In this document: positions 38,856 to 48,917 of the stretch, piece after piece
Layout of the letters: each line of letters begins with the position of its first letter
Numbering within the stretch: position 1 is the stretch's first letter
NCBI GenBank assembly: GCA_964589435.1
Contig: CAZPTT010000009.1
Coordinates: 2,457-66,456, forward strand
Direction: 5' to 3'
Length of the DNA stretch: 64,000 bases
From: an uncultured Pirellulaceae bacterium
GTDB taxonomy: Bacteria; Planctomycetota; Planctomycetia; Pirellulales; Pirellulaceae
The notes under the pieces: generated by a model
Database searches by the model: none
Seen by the model: the letters and a program-made list of their open reading frames with translations, nothing else
Told to the model about the DNA's origin: nothing
Made by a program: the position numbers and the translations under genes

Positions 38856-39980
38856 TCAATTCTTGTCGTCAATCAACATGAAATCAACGAGAACACCTCG
38901 ATGATCTGACCCGACATCCTGGAGAACCTCGTGTTTGAGAACTCGGACGTGGTCGTTGACCAGCACATGATCAATTTTCAATCCGCCAAATATCGTCGGA
39001 AACACATACCAAGTCGGCTCAACTCCCTGACCAATTGCCGAATCAGACGTGCCACTCTTTTCGATGACTTTCGAGAACCGGGGCGACCAAGGCGTCAAAT
39101 TGAAGTCGCCAACCATCATTGCAGGATTTTCTTGCCGCACGCGACCCGCCATGTCCATCAACTGGGTGTCACGCGCCGCCGTTCGAAACTTATCGATCGG
39201 GGGAATCGGATGCGTTGCCACAATCTGAAACGATTGAGCCACCGCGACTGTCGAGCCTGATGACTGTAACGGCAACTCAATGACCAGCGAAGCCAAATCC
39301 AACGGTTTAACGTAGACCACTTCGAGATCACTCCATTTGAATTTTGACAGAAAGGCAATGCCAAAGTTTCCGAAATCGTCAGGCACGAATTCCACAAATG
39401 GATATCGTTCCAAGAGAGGACTGTCCTGCAACTTGGCTTGCCATCGCGAGTTGATTTCCATGAGCACAACAAAGTCCGGATCGGACGCCTCAATGAGATC
39501 AATAACCGACTGATGTTGCTTGTTGCGAGTCAGCACATTGAGCGAGAGGACTCGATAAGTTTGGGAAGTCGATTCAACCAATGAAGTTGCACCGGGTGAA
39601 CCTGGAGACAATCCGCCAACCAGGTAGGGAGCTACCCAAGACGAATTGACGGTCAAGCAAATTAGCGACACTAGCAACAGCCGCCAACTTTTCATCGCAA
39701 TCAAGACCACCGAACTGGCCAACAATAGCAGGCAATATTGAACTCGAAAGTGCGCGAAAAGATCCGCAGACCAATCGAAACTAGCAAAACAGGCAAAGAA
39801 AGTTGCCAGATGTAAACCGACTACCAAAAAACGAAGGCGTCGAATGAAACCATGATAGACGATCGACCCAAGACCAGGTTTAGTTTCGAAAGTCGTGCCT
39901 GGCTTCAAATCCAATTGCTCACCAGCTAACTCGGACTTATTGTCCTTATCTCGATTGCTCTTACTTTCTTCAGGTTCCAT
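38856..39980 (-). CDS. Endonuclease/exonuclease/phosphatase family membrane protein (YafD-like)
   Basis: AHFRVQY, SLNVL, VVLME, GDFNLTPWS, IDHVL and GSDHRG. ATG at 39980 preferred because the longer call overlaps pyrB. Confidence 0.88.
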   Translation of the reverse strand: MEPEESKSNRDKDNKSELAGEQLDLKPGTTFETKPGLGSIVYHGFIRRLRFLVVGLHLATFFACFASFDWSADLFAHFRVQYCLLLLASSVVLIAMKSWRLLLVSLICLTVNSSWVAPYLVGGLSPGSPGATSLVESTSQTYRVLSLNVLTRNKQHQSVIDLIEASDPDFVVLMEINSRWQAKLQDSPLLERYPFVEFVPDDFGNFGIAFLSKFKWSDLEVVYVKPLDLASLVIELPLQSSGSTVAVAQSFQIVATHPIPPIDKFRTAARDTQLMDMAGRVRQENPAMMVGDFNLTPWSPRFSKVIEKSGTSDSAIGQGVEPTWYVFPTIFGGLKIDHVLVNDHVRVLKHEVLQDVGSDHRGVLVDFMLIDDKN

Positions 39981-40062
39981 CTCAAATCCTCGAAGATTGT
40001 CCGCGTTTTTTTGATGCAGAACATTTGTCTCGAATGCGTGGCGTTGATAGTTTGCCGAATTC

Positions 40063-41262
40063 CTATGAACCAAAGATGTCGTCGTGGGCAAAAAACAAAG
40101 TATCAGCGGCGTCGAACAGATGAACCAGCAGTGCCGCCCGTGCCCACATGCCATTTCGCGCCTGTCGAAAATACATGGCGCGGGAATCGTTATCCACGGC
40201 GGTAGGAATCTCATCAATCACGCTATCACGAGGAAATGGATGCAGAATCGGCGCGTAATCTTTCAGGCGAGCAACGCGATTAAGCGTCAATTGAAATGGA
40301 GACAAATCAAGCGCTCCAATCTCCGACTCCGCCTGTTCGGAATTGTGCTCTCGTTGGATCCGCGTCATGTAGAAACAATCAACTTGGCTGAGCAAGGGCT
40401 GTCCATTGTGAGTTGCGTCCAAACTATCGAACTCTTGGATTTCGACGCCACGACTTTCCAACCGCTTTCTCAACTCGTTGCCCAAACGAAGCTCGTCATG
40501 ATTGGGAACAGCAAAAAACAGTTTGACACTTTCGTATTGTGACAAAACCATCGCCAACGATCGCACCGTTCTCCCTCGTCCAATATCTCCGCAAAACAAA
40601 TACGTTTTGTTGGCTGGGCCACGCGTCAAATCTGGATACTTTTGTTTGAGCTCCGCAATTCTGGATGATTTCGAAATCGAACTTTCGTCAAAATCAAACG
40701 TGCGTTGAATGGTATAGAAATCCAACAACGCTTGCGTCGGATGTTCATCACTTCCCGCTCCCGCGTTGACGATAGGAACCGAGCGTTGCTCGTGATTCTC
40801 CAATCCATTCATCAAATACGCGCAACATTCTGCGAAGTTGGCAATCTGAGAACGCATGATTATGACATCGAAGTAGCTACTGAACATTCGAATCGAGTCC
40901 ATCCGAGATTCGCGTTTGACCTCTGAGGACGTCTTCGGGTCGCGAACTTCGTTGCACGTCAGGCCAAGAATCTGGCAGGCTGCCATGAACGAAAGAAACG
41001 TGCGCGTCGATGGTTGGGTGAAATACAGCATCGCTCGCTTGTGCGCCAGCAATTCGCGTAGCCGTCGATTGCCTTCTCGATCCCGAGCCATCCGACGAAT
41101 CATATCCGCCGACCGACATAATTTACTAAGCAGTTCCGGCGTCAACTGCGACGCCGAGATCAAATGCTTCAGCCGGCCTTGCCGTTGCAGGTCTCGGTTT
41201 TTTTCATCTGCAGAGCGGTTAAGCAGTTCATCGAATTCGACGAATTCTTCCATGTTGGCCAT
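40063..41262 (-). CDS. pyrB: Aspartate carbamoyltransferase catalytic subunit
   Basis: PSTRT, HPTQALLD, GD...GRTVRSL, YMTRIQRE, LHPFPR and YFRQARNG. Confidence 0.88.
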   Translation of the reverse strand: MANMEEFVEFDELLNRSADEKNRDLQRQGRLKHLISASQLTPELLSKLCRSADMIRRMARDREGNRRLRELLAHKRAMLYFTQPSTRTFLSFMAACQILGLTCNEVRDPKTSSEVKRESRMDSIRMFSSYFDVIIMRSQIANFAECCAYLMNGLENHEQRSVPIVNAGAGSDEHPTQALLDFYTIQRTFDFDESSISKSSRIAELKQKYPDLTRGPANKTYLFCGDIGRGRTVRSLAMVLSQYESVKLFFAVPNHDELRLGNELRKRLESRGVEIQEFDSLDATHNGQPLLSQVDCFYMTRIQREHNSEQAESEIGALDLSPFQLTLNRVARLKDYAPILHPFPRDSVIDEIPTAVDNDSRAMYFRQARNGMWARAALLVHLFDAADTLFFAHDDIFGS

Positions 41263-41537
41263 TGATTTGGTTCGCAGAGTGCAGGGCAGAATATTGTGTT
41301 AGAGAAAGTAAGCAAGCGATCAAATGGCTGCCAGACAATCCAACAGCGTTCGGAAATTCTCAGGAGTCGATCTCTGGCTACCGGTCATCAAGCCCAGGTA
41401 GATTTCTTCAAGCCATTTCGTCACGCCATTTGACTTGTCTGATGGTAGCTTCTATCGGTAAAAATTGAAGTCGCCAACGACGATTTCATAACGCGAGAAA
41501 ATTGAGCCAATCAGTTCGAGGCTTCCTTCGGCTGGCA

Positions 41538-41580
41538 CATCCATCGATCCATCCAACGATCCATTCATTCATCCATTCCA
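41538..41580. repeat. Degenerate ATCC/ATTC tetranucleotide microsatellite
   Basis: catccatcgatccatccaacgatccattcattcatccattcca. Confidence 0.55.
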
Positions 41581-41612
41581 AGTGCGGCCAGTTTCCAAAG
41601 CTCGCTGCCAAT

Positions 41613-42374
41613 TTAGCACGCAGCCGCCTGGATCCGGCGAGGAAAAGAGACCGTGACTGCTGATCCATCGGCAATGAATGCACTATCTGGAGATCGGTTT
41701 AAAACTTCCGAGTACTTCGCTCCGTACAAGCCCTCGACGTCGCATTGAAATTCTACTTCTGTCGCAGGCCAGACGCGCCACGCGGGGTGTTTGACTTGAT
41801 ATTCAAACGTGCTGCCATTTCTCTGCTGAGAATATCCCCAATAATGTTCGGCGATAAATTGCTCAAGCGAAGCGTCTTCCAACGGAACTGGTGGCCCAAT
41901 TCCTCGGGCCGCTACATGGCTCCACTGACTCTTGGCTTGAGGCGTTGGCGACATCCATTGATATCGCGCCGCAATGGAGCCGTCGTCACCTTTTTCAATC
42001 TGGTGCTTCATCGGCACCGAGATGTAGTGCTCGTTGTAAAACCGCCGAGCGGTATAGGCAATCGCCCATTTAGGAACAAGCTCACTGATGAATGCGACTC
42101 CGCGCCGAAATTCATCTTGCTCTCGACGTGCAACATAGAATCGCAAGTTCAACTCTTCAAACTGACGGTGAAACGGAATCGGCACGCCCAGCAAGCGAGT
42201 TTGGTCGAACAAAAAGCCAACGATACTAACAAACGTCCGACCTTCAAAGAAATCCAACTCAGTTCCAAAGGGAACTTCGGATCGAAGAATATCCGGATCG
42301 ATTTCCCAGTTAAGCATGACCAGGGATCGCCAACGTGCAGAAAGAAAGACGCGATCCAAAGGCGAAGAAATCAT
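41613..42374 (-). CDS. YqjF family (DUF2071) protein
   Basis: W..L.MLNW, F.ELNLRFYV, FIAEHYWGY and V.HP.W. Confidence 0.88.
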   Translation of the reverse strand: MISSPLDRVFLSARWRSLVMLNWEIDPDILRSEVPFGTELDFFEGRTFVSIVGFLFDQTRLLGVPIPFHRQFEELNLRFYVARREQDEFRRGVAFISELVPKWAIAYTARRFYNEHYISVPMKHQIEKGDDGSIAARYQWMSPTPQAKSQWSHVAARGIGPPVPLEDASLEQFIAEHYWGYSQQRNGSTFEYQVKHPAWRVWPATEVEFQCDVEGLYGAKYSEVLNRSPDSAFIADGSAVTVSFPRRIQAAAC

Positions 42375-42709
42375 TGCTTGTTACTCGCTTGAAATGGGCA
42401 AAACCAAACGGGCTTGCCTTCCGATATGGAACCGGAGCCAGCCACGAACCTTAACGGTTTTCCGAGGACTGGTCGGCGCATAGAAAAAGCGATGTACAAA
42501 TCGCACATCGCTGGAGGCTCAAGATGCAAAACGGGCAGCGTGACGGTCATCTCGACGGCACGCTCCTGAACTATCCAAGACTAATGCTTTGTTCCAATTC
42601 AAAGTTCCGGTTCTTCATGTGAGCCGTTTGGGCGCTAGCCCCGGTTTTTCCGACGAATCCGTGGCTAGCGCCAAAACGGCTCATCCTAAAATCAAATTGG
42701 AACAATGCA

Positions 42710-44530
42710 CTAGCGGCCTGCGACTTTCGCTCGCTGAGGAGTCGATGCCCGACCAATCGAGCTCGTCGGAGCCGATGGCTGCAGGGCAGATCGACGAGCC
42801 GTTTGAATACCGACTCGCAAGCCATTGTCTTCACCCACCATCGTACTGGGATTTGGCTTCGCTGTTTCATGAACCAGCACGTCGGCGGCAACTCCGACCT
42901 CACTGATCGCTTTGCCGGTCGGGGAATAGAACTTCGCGGTTGTTAGTCGAACGCCGCCGCCAGAAACGTTGAGTGGGAAAATACCCTGAACACTTCCTTT
43001 TCCGTAGCTCTGATGGCCGACGATCGTTCCGCGAGAATGATCACGAATCGCTGCAGCAAAAATCTCACTGGCACTGGCGGAATTTTCATCGACCAACACG
43101 ACCAACGGAACTCGCCACGTGCTCGCAACGTTGGCTCGGTGAGTGTAGTCTTCCATCGGATTGCGTCCGCGAGTCGAAACGATTACGCCTTGACCGATGA
43201 AGCGATCGGCAACTTCAACCGAAGCTGAAAGTAATCCACCGGGGTTGCCTCGAACATCAACAATCAATGATTGAAGCCCATCGCGATGCAGTTTCCACAA
43301 CGCTTCATCAAAATCACGGGCGGTGGTCTTTTGAAAGTTCGTCAAGCGAATGTAGCCAACACCAGCAGCCTCATCGACGATACCAACTTGATCGACACTA
43401 GGAATTTCCACGCGCCGACGCTCTAAGTTGATCGTTTGCGGGCCGTTGCCACGATCGACAGTGATCGCAACAAAAGAACCTTCGACACCACGCATCAGAT
43501 CCGCAGCTCGCTCGCTTCCGACATCGAGTACGCCCTGTTTATCGACAGCGGTGACACGATCGCCCTTGACGATTCCACCTTGGCTTGCCGAACCACCATT
43601 GATCACGCTGACGATTTCGAGATGGTCTTGATGGGTTCGCAACTCGACACCCAGCCCGACAAAATTGCCTTCGATCTGTGACATCGTTTCGCTGAATTGG
43701 TTGCTCGACATAAACGCCGAGTACGGATCGAGTGCTGAGATCGCACCACATACGAATTCGTAAGCCGTCGCTTGAGTACTTAACCCAAGGGCATCTCGAA
43801 GCGACTTCGAAGTGCTGCTGGCCACGATATAGGCATCATGGCGATTGTCGACGGTGACTTTGGAAAGCCGCTGACGCGTCGAAAGGATTACCGATCGGAT
43901 CTGAGCATCGGAAGCATGGGGAATGTTGACTTGGCGAAACTCAGGTGACATCAGGGCGACTTCGAGACTGGTCAATCCATAGCTGGCCAAGTCGGCCCAA
44001 TTCGGTTGGTCGACGTAATAGGATTGCACTTTCAGCAAGACCTCTGCGTACACATTTAATGCCGTGTTTGCATCGGTCGTCTCAATCGTGCGAACGAAAC
44101 TGGAGTCGGAGTAACGACGTTCCAAGTCGTAGTGAATTCTGGCGACGGCGCGTCGCTGCAAGAGCTCTTGGTTCGCCGGAATCTTTTTGAGCGCGTTTTG
44201 ATAAAGGCTTAAGGCCTCGCCCCACTGACGACTCCGCTCGAACGCTGCACCTTCTTCAAGAAACTGCTTGGCCGACTGAGTCACCCGATTGGGGTTCACA
44301 GTGGCGGCATCAACGACCTCAAATTGACCGGGCGCGGAAGGAGCTTGAGCAGAGCAGGGAACGTTGATGCAAAACATCAAGGCTGTGCCAAGGAAACTCG
44401 CGAATCCAAAACTCACGAACTTTGATTTTGCGGCGACGCTCAATCGTTTGGCCTTGGGGTAAAGGCTCATCAGTGAGAAATTTTCCATTAAAAATTGCCA
44501 TCCTATTGGGGTGACCAACTCACTCAACAC
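42710..44530 (-). CDS. S41 family C-terminal processing protease (PDZ + S41)
   Basis: LDPYSAF, GLGVE (PDZ), DVRGNPGGLL, SASASEIFA and SYGKGSVQ. Confidence 0.93.
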   Translation of the reverse strand: MLSELVTPIGWQFLMENFSLMSLYPKAKRLSVAAKSKFVSFGFASFLGTALMFCINVPCSAQAPSAPGQFEVVDAATVNPNRVTQSAKQFLEEGAAFERSRQWGEALSLYQNALKKIPANQELLQRRAVARIHYDLERRYSDSSFVRTIETTDANTALNVYAEVLLKVQSYYVDQPNWADLASYGLTSLEVALMSPEFRQVNIPHASDAQIRSVILSTRQRLSKVTVDNRHDAYIVASSTSKSLRDALGLSTQATAYEFVCGAISALDPYSAFMSSNQFSETMSQIEGNFVGLGVELRTHQDHLEIVSVINGGSASQGGIVKGDRVTAVDKQGVLDVGSERAADLMRGVEGSFVAITVDRGNGPQTINLERRRVEIPSVDQVGIVDEAAGVGYIRLTNFQKTTARDFDEALWKLHRDGLQSLIVDVRGNPGGLLSASVEVADRFIGQGVIVSTRGRNPMEDYTHRANVASTWRVPLVVLVDENSASASEIFAAAIRDHSRGTIVGHQSYGKGSVQGIFPLNVSGGGVRLTTAKFYSPTGKAISEVGVAADVLVHETAKPNPSTMVGEDNGLRVGIQTARRSALQPSAPTSSIGRASTPQRAKVAGR

Positions 44531-45120
44531 TGCGACTTAAATTTGGGAGCGACGCGGTGAAGGGCTGTTTTGATCAAATCAGGAACCGGCCCATTTGAGC
44601 GCCTATCGTTGGCGCAAAAATTAAATAGAGACCGATGAAAAATAGATCATGTTTCTACCGCGGTCAAAAAAATTGAAACAACTTTCGTCCGCGTGATCCA
44701 TACAACCCAAGAAGATGAAGAATGGCGAAGCGATGACAACGGTATGTCAAAGTTGGCCGGTCATCGGGTTGGCTGGTGCATCCCTGGCAGATGTAATACG
44801 AACCCCGCAAAAAATGGTTCGCAACAAATCACAACAGCCATGTTCGTTAAGGTTTATCACGACGAATCGACTGATAGCAATCTTGACCGAATGATTTCCT
44901 GGAGAAAGCGAGACGAAAAAAGGTCGTCGCATGTGACACAAAGACACGCCAGCACTGAAGTAGTGGATGTCGTCGCAACGCCCGATCGCTGCACGCGACT
45001 CTTGACGATTCAAGCTACAAATCACTTGGCTGTTGAACGGCATTGCGTTTCGTTCAGCGGCACGCCAACTGCGACACAGCGTTTCCTGGGCTCTTCCTTC
45101 AAACCTTGAGGTGAGCGCAT

Positions 45121-45145
45121 AAAAAAACGCCCGTTTGAGGGCGTT
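45121..45145 (-). terminator. Intrinsic terminator
   Basis: AACGCCC-gtttga-GGGCGTT with a T tract on the minus strand, downstream of the ORF ending at 45219. Confidence 0.7.
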
Positions 45146-45218
45146 ACCGGGTCTTATCCGTTTCGAAGAGCGATCACACTTCGATGGAGCCGGTTAGTTC
45201 GAGACTTCGCCCACGGCG

Positions 45219-45596
45219 TTATGAGCTTATAACCACTGGAGCGACGATCGTTGGGTTGATCGCGATGTTTGGAATTGGAACGGCTGACTTACCTTCCTGA
45301 GTTGCCGCGACAGCCGCAGACGATCGACGGCGACGACGCTTCGTTTTGGCTTGCGCCCATTCCTTGGTTTGACTTTCGAACACCTCAGGTGATTCATAAC
45401 GAGCGACATCCTTCGATTCAGGCATTGGCCCAACCAACCCACGGAAAACAGGCAGTCCGCGAAGGCTTAGATCAGTGCTACAGTCGTCGATTCCAATCTT
45501 GTCATGCAACTGGCTGATGTCGTCAAAGTTCTCAAAGTCTTTTGTTCTTAGAGAGCCGTTGGAAGCGCGTGTTACAACTCGAATGATTTTTGACAT
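45219..45596 (-). CDS. Small hypothetical protein
   Basis: ATG start, protein-like composition, downstream terminator and basic KTKRRRRR tail. Confidence 0.75.
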   Translation of the reverse strand: MSKIIRVVTRASNGSLRTKDFENFDDISQLHDKIGIDDCSTDLSLRGLPVFRGLVGPMPESKDVARYESPEVFESQTKEWAQAKTKRRRRRSSAAVAATQEGKSAVPIPNIAINPTIVAPVVISS

Positions 45597-45994
45597 TGTC
45601 TACCCCGATCTGAATATGCGACTGATAAAAACCAATTAGACATGGCTCCCAGCGCCCCAGACTCCAAGATGGGGATTCGACTCCTTCGACTCACTGTGCT
45701 ATCGGTATTTATCGGACGGGGCAGTGCGGTTCACAAGAAGTTTTGCCAGCGTCCGAATGAATGCAAGAATCCTGACAACCGGAATGCGAACCGGAATCAA
45801 GCTCGGACAGAAAGTCGAAATTTCGATTCCGCCTGTGACGGCTGGACGGAATCTTCAAATCGCCAAAGACAAAAACGGCCAAGGCAAAGCATTGATTGGC
45901 GCTGGCTGACGTTTGGCAATTGGCGAAGAAAACCAACCCAACGCTCCAAGGTCAGAGGTAATTTCCAAGCATTCAATTTGGCCAAGCGACACCA

Positions 45995-48043
45995 TCACCA
46001 AACCAAGTGCCATGGGAATTTGAAAACCCATGCCTGGCATTGTTTCAATGTACTGGTGCGCCGCACATCCCGGTTACGAACATCAAGGGCTTCCTGAACC
46101 TGGAACTGCCATGGAATTTTCGCGAACATTTTTACCGGCACGTTGTTTTCGATGGCCAATGCGCCAACCATTTCTTCAACCTTTTTCAGGTTAGGGTCGG
46201 CTGGCTTTAGGACGATGATGCCGTTTTCAAAACCAAACTGATTCTTGGCCAGAGAGTCTGCTTTTGGTGCGAGCGACGCAACTTTTGCCTCAAGCGCATC
46301 CTCTGGAATGGCAGCGAGGATTTGAATCTCGTTATTGTCGAGCGGGTCAACACTATCAGTAATTATCAACGCCAATTCTTTGGCTTTACTTGGCGTGAGT
46401 GCAGGAACCAGCTCTACCGCCTGACCAGGATTGGGAACTTCAACCTGAGCAGCCTTTTCAGCCTCACCATCTTCGCTCAGGCCAAACTGCTGTTGCGGCT
46501 TGGCTTGTTTCGCCGGCATCGCCGCGTTCGCTTGTGGAAGCAACACGAAATCAGAACCCAGTTCATCGGCCAGCAATCGTTCAGCAGTTTTTTCTCTAGC
46601 CAACCCTTCTTGTGGTGACATTGGTTCGCCGGCTTGATCTCTGCCCATTACTTCGTTTGTATTCGCGGCGCCTCTTTTCGCCCTTGCAAGCTCACGTAGA
46701 ACAAGATCTTTTTTTGTGCCGAAGCCGTCATCGGCAAACCCCATCTCATCGGATTCACCGCTTTCGGATCCTTCACCCTCGGATTCAGGCTGATCGGTGG
46801 GGCTGCGATACTCTCGGCCGCTTCGCATGGAGCGAAAAGCAAGTTCATCGGCCGCTTCTGAACCATCGCCCTTTCTACCACCCGCTCCGCCACCGCCCAT
46901 TCCGCCACCCATTCCGCCACCGCCCATTTTGGAGCTACGCATTCCGCCGAAACTTTCTCCTCCAAGTTCTGCCAGCTGACGATCCAACGAGTCACTTTCC
47001 AGGCCGGCAATTTTCTGAACAGCGTTTTCGCCCTCAGTAACAATGATTGCGGGCTGACCAGACGGATCGCCCTTTACCTTACCTTTCGACTTGCCTTCCA
47101 TTGCAAAGGAAGGAGCTGCGTTGGGAGCTGCGTTGGGAGCAGCATTGGGAGCAGTATCGGGCAACTGTCCCAACGACTGGCCCGCTTGCTTGCTTGCTCC
47201 GGCTTGCATGTTTTGTTCTGCTGAATCGATTCCCGGTTTAAAAGAATCGGGAACAGAGGGATCGGAATAAAAAGACTGATTACTTTTCGAATCAGCGTTC
47301 CTCATTCGATCAACAGAATCGCCTTGAGCCAATGCCTGAATTTCGCGTGCTGAGCGAGTCGCAGGCGCTTTGCTCTTTTTGGACAAAGCTTTTGAGGCTT
47401 GTTCTTGCGAACGGGCAATACCACGATCAAGCTTCAATCCACCAGCAAATTTTTCTGATGCCGAATCGAGACCTGGCATCGGCGCGGCTTTGCTGAAACG
47501 CGTTTCTGCTTCCGACTTATCCCCACTCAAAGAAGCCGACATCAGCTCCTCTTCAAGTTCTGCCGCATCTGAATCAACACTTTCTGGAACGCTACTTGTT
47601 GCCTCCATTCGTGTTGCAACTGCATGGTTCGCAAGAGGCCGGGAAATAACCCACCAGCCACTAACCATGACCAATAAGCCAGCGGCCAAAGCGGCTACCA
47701 TTTTCCATAAACCAGTGTTGGATTGTTTGCGATTCGTCTTGGATGGTGAAGCAGAATATTCGAAACCTGAATCAAGGCTGCTAGTTTCGCGACCGTCAGT
47801 CGTTTCTGGAGCTGGCTTAGAACTGAATGCCATCAGCTCACTCTTTTGGGCATCCGTCAATTGCAGCGATGGCTCCGACAAGAACGATTCGCCAACCAGA
47901 CCAACCATTTGCTGAATCTCAGCCACGATGATTGCCAACTCCGGGCTCCGCTTTATTTCTGCCGCAATTTCCGCATGTGACGAGGCGTCTAACTCGCCCA
48001 GCACAAAATCGGTCAATCTCGGATCGTCTTTATCAATCATCAT
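45995..48043 (-). CDS. Putative anti-sigma factor (N-terminal anti-sigma-like domain, one TM, low-complexity C-region)
   Basis: DPRLTDFVLGEL N-terminus, a TM (ALAAGLLVMVSGWWVI), and location directly downstream of an ECF sigma gene. Confidence 0.65.
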   Translation of the reverse strand: MMIDKDDPRLTDFVLGELDASSHAEIAAEIKRSPELAIIVAEIQQMVGLVGESFLSEPSLQLTDAQKSELMAFSSKPAPETTDGRETSSLDSGFEYSASPSKTNRKQSNTGLWKMVAALAAGLLVMVSGWWVISRPLANHAVATRMEATSSVPESVDSDAAELEEELMSASLSGDKSEAETRFSKAAPMPGLDSASEKFAGGLKLDRGIARSQEQASKALSKKSKAPATRSAREIQALAQGDSVDRMRNADSKSNQSFYSDPSVPDSFKPGIDSAEQNMQAGASKQAGQSLGQLPDTAPNAAPNAAPNAAPSFAMEGKSKGKVKGDPSGQPAIIVTEGENAVQKIAGLESDSLDRQLAELGGESFGGMRSSKMGGGGMGGGMGGGGAGGRKGDGSEAADELAFRSMRSGREYRSPTDQPESEGEGSESGESDEMGFADDGFGTKKDLVLRELARAKRGAANTNEVMGRDQAGEPMSPQEGLAREKTAERLLADELGSDFVLLPQANAAMPAKQAKPQQQFGLSEDGEAEKAAQVEVPNPGQAVELVPALTPSKAKELALIITDSVDPLDNNEIQILAAIPEDALEAKVASLAPKADSLAKNQFGFENGIIVLKPADPNLKKVEEMVGALAIENNVPVKMFAKIPWQFQVQEALDVRNRDVRRTSTLKQCQAWVFKFPWHLVW
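47112..47154 (-). repeat. Coding 12-bp repeat (PNAA x3)
   Basis: GGAGCTGCGTTG twice plus GGAGCAGCATTG. Confidence 0.75.
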
Positions 48044-48142
48044 GTTGCCTAATCAAATCGGCTGAAAGTGTTCGGTGAAATTCCGAAGGCGAAAATTTCC
48101 GGGGCAATCTTCAGCGGCGCTGAAGCATTCGATCCCCAATCA

Positions 48143-48745
48143 TCAAGTATCGGGTTGCTGGATCGGAATTTGAGTGAGTCGTTCCCTCAAACGGGCGATT
48201 GCCTTGTGCAGCAAGAATCCAACATTGGTTCGGCTTAACCCGGTGACATCGGCGATTTCCTTGTAGCTCAAACCAGCGTGAAATTTCAATCGTAAGACTT
48301 CTTGCTGATTGTTCGGCAAACGCGAAATTTGCTGAACCAATCCTTCAGCAGCTTCGGCCTTTTCGATTCCGGCGGTCGGCCCTTGGAGCGGGTCGACTTG
48401 ATCAACCAGTACATTCTCGTGGGCCGTTTTCATCCGCCCCTCCTTGCGACAAATATCAATCGCACGATTTCGACAGACCGTAAAAAGCCATTGAGCCACG
48501 CGGTCTTTAATCTCGTCGTTGGTCTGTTTACACAACTGCAAAAAAGTGTCTTGCACGACATCCCGTGCCGTTTCCAAGTCATGAACAAAATGATGGGCAT
48601 AGCGCAACAACGAACTCTCGTGCTCATCAATCGCGCACTGAATCCACTGTCTGCTTGTCGGAGCATCCGAACCCAACAGGTCGGGATGAGCCAATTCGTC
48701 GCCCAAACGACCATTTCGTTCAGACGAACCGAAATCATCTTTCAT
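48143..48745 (-). CDS. ECF sigma-70 factor
   Basis: ARDVVQDTFL, WLFTVCRNRAID (region 2), and LP...QEVLRLKF..GLSYKEIA (region 4). Confidence 0.93.
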   Translation of the reverse strand: MKDDFGSSERNGRLGDELAHPDLLGSDAPTSRQWIQCAIDEHESSLLRYAHHFVHDLETARDVVQDTFLQLCKQTNDEIKDRVAQWLFTVCRNRAIDICRKEGRMKTAHENVLVDQVDPLQGPTAGIEKAEAAEGLVQQISRLPNNQQEVLRLKFHAGLSYKEIADVTGLSRTNVGFLLHKAIARLRERLTQIPIQQPDT

Positions 48746-48917
48746 GAATCGTTCCGTTTTTTTCGCGGTTCAAAGAGAGAACGCGTCGCCACAAGATTCA
48801 TTAGACACGTTTTTCAGTTTTTCTGGAAATCTTGTGGAACTCGGGGAAAACTGGGGAACTCGTAGCAATCAAGGTCGCAACAAACCCAGCGACCAAAACA
48901 AACTCACGCCTACTTCG

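Noticed and set aside
42395-42460. GGGCAAAACC as a c-di-GMP-I riboswitch start
   Set aside because: No GNRA tetraloop stem or GGACGCAAAGC element follows.
44530-45120. ORFs 44693..45109 (+) and 44747..45043 (-)
   Set aside because: They overlap each other, have no recognisable motifs and show atypical composition; probably spurious.
45797-45994. Second TGA read-through after the anti-sigma-like ORF (frame open about 65 more codons)
   Set aside because: The continuation is W/C/R-rich and unlike a real protein, with no recognisable domain or SECIS-like hairpin noted.
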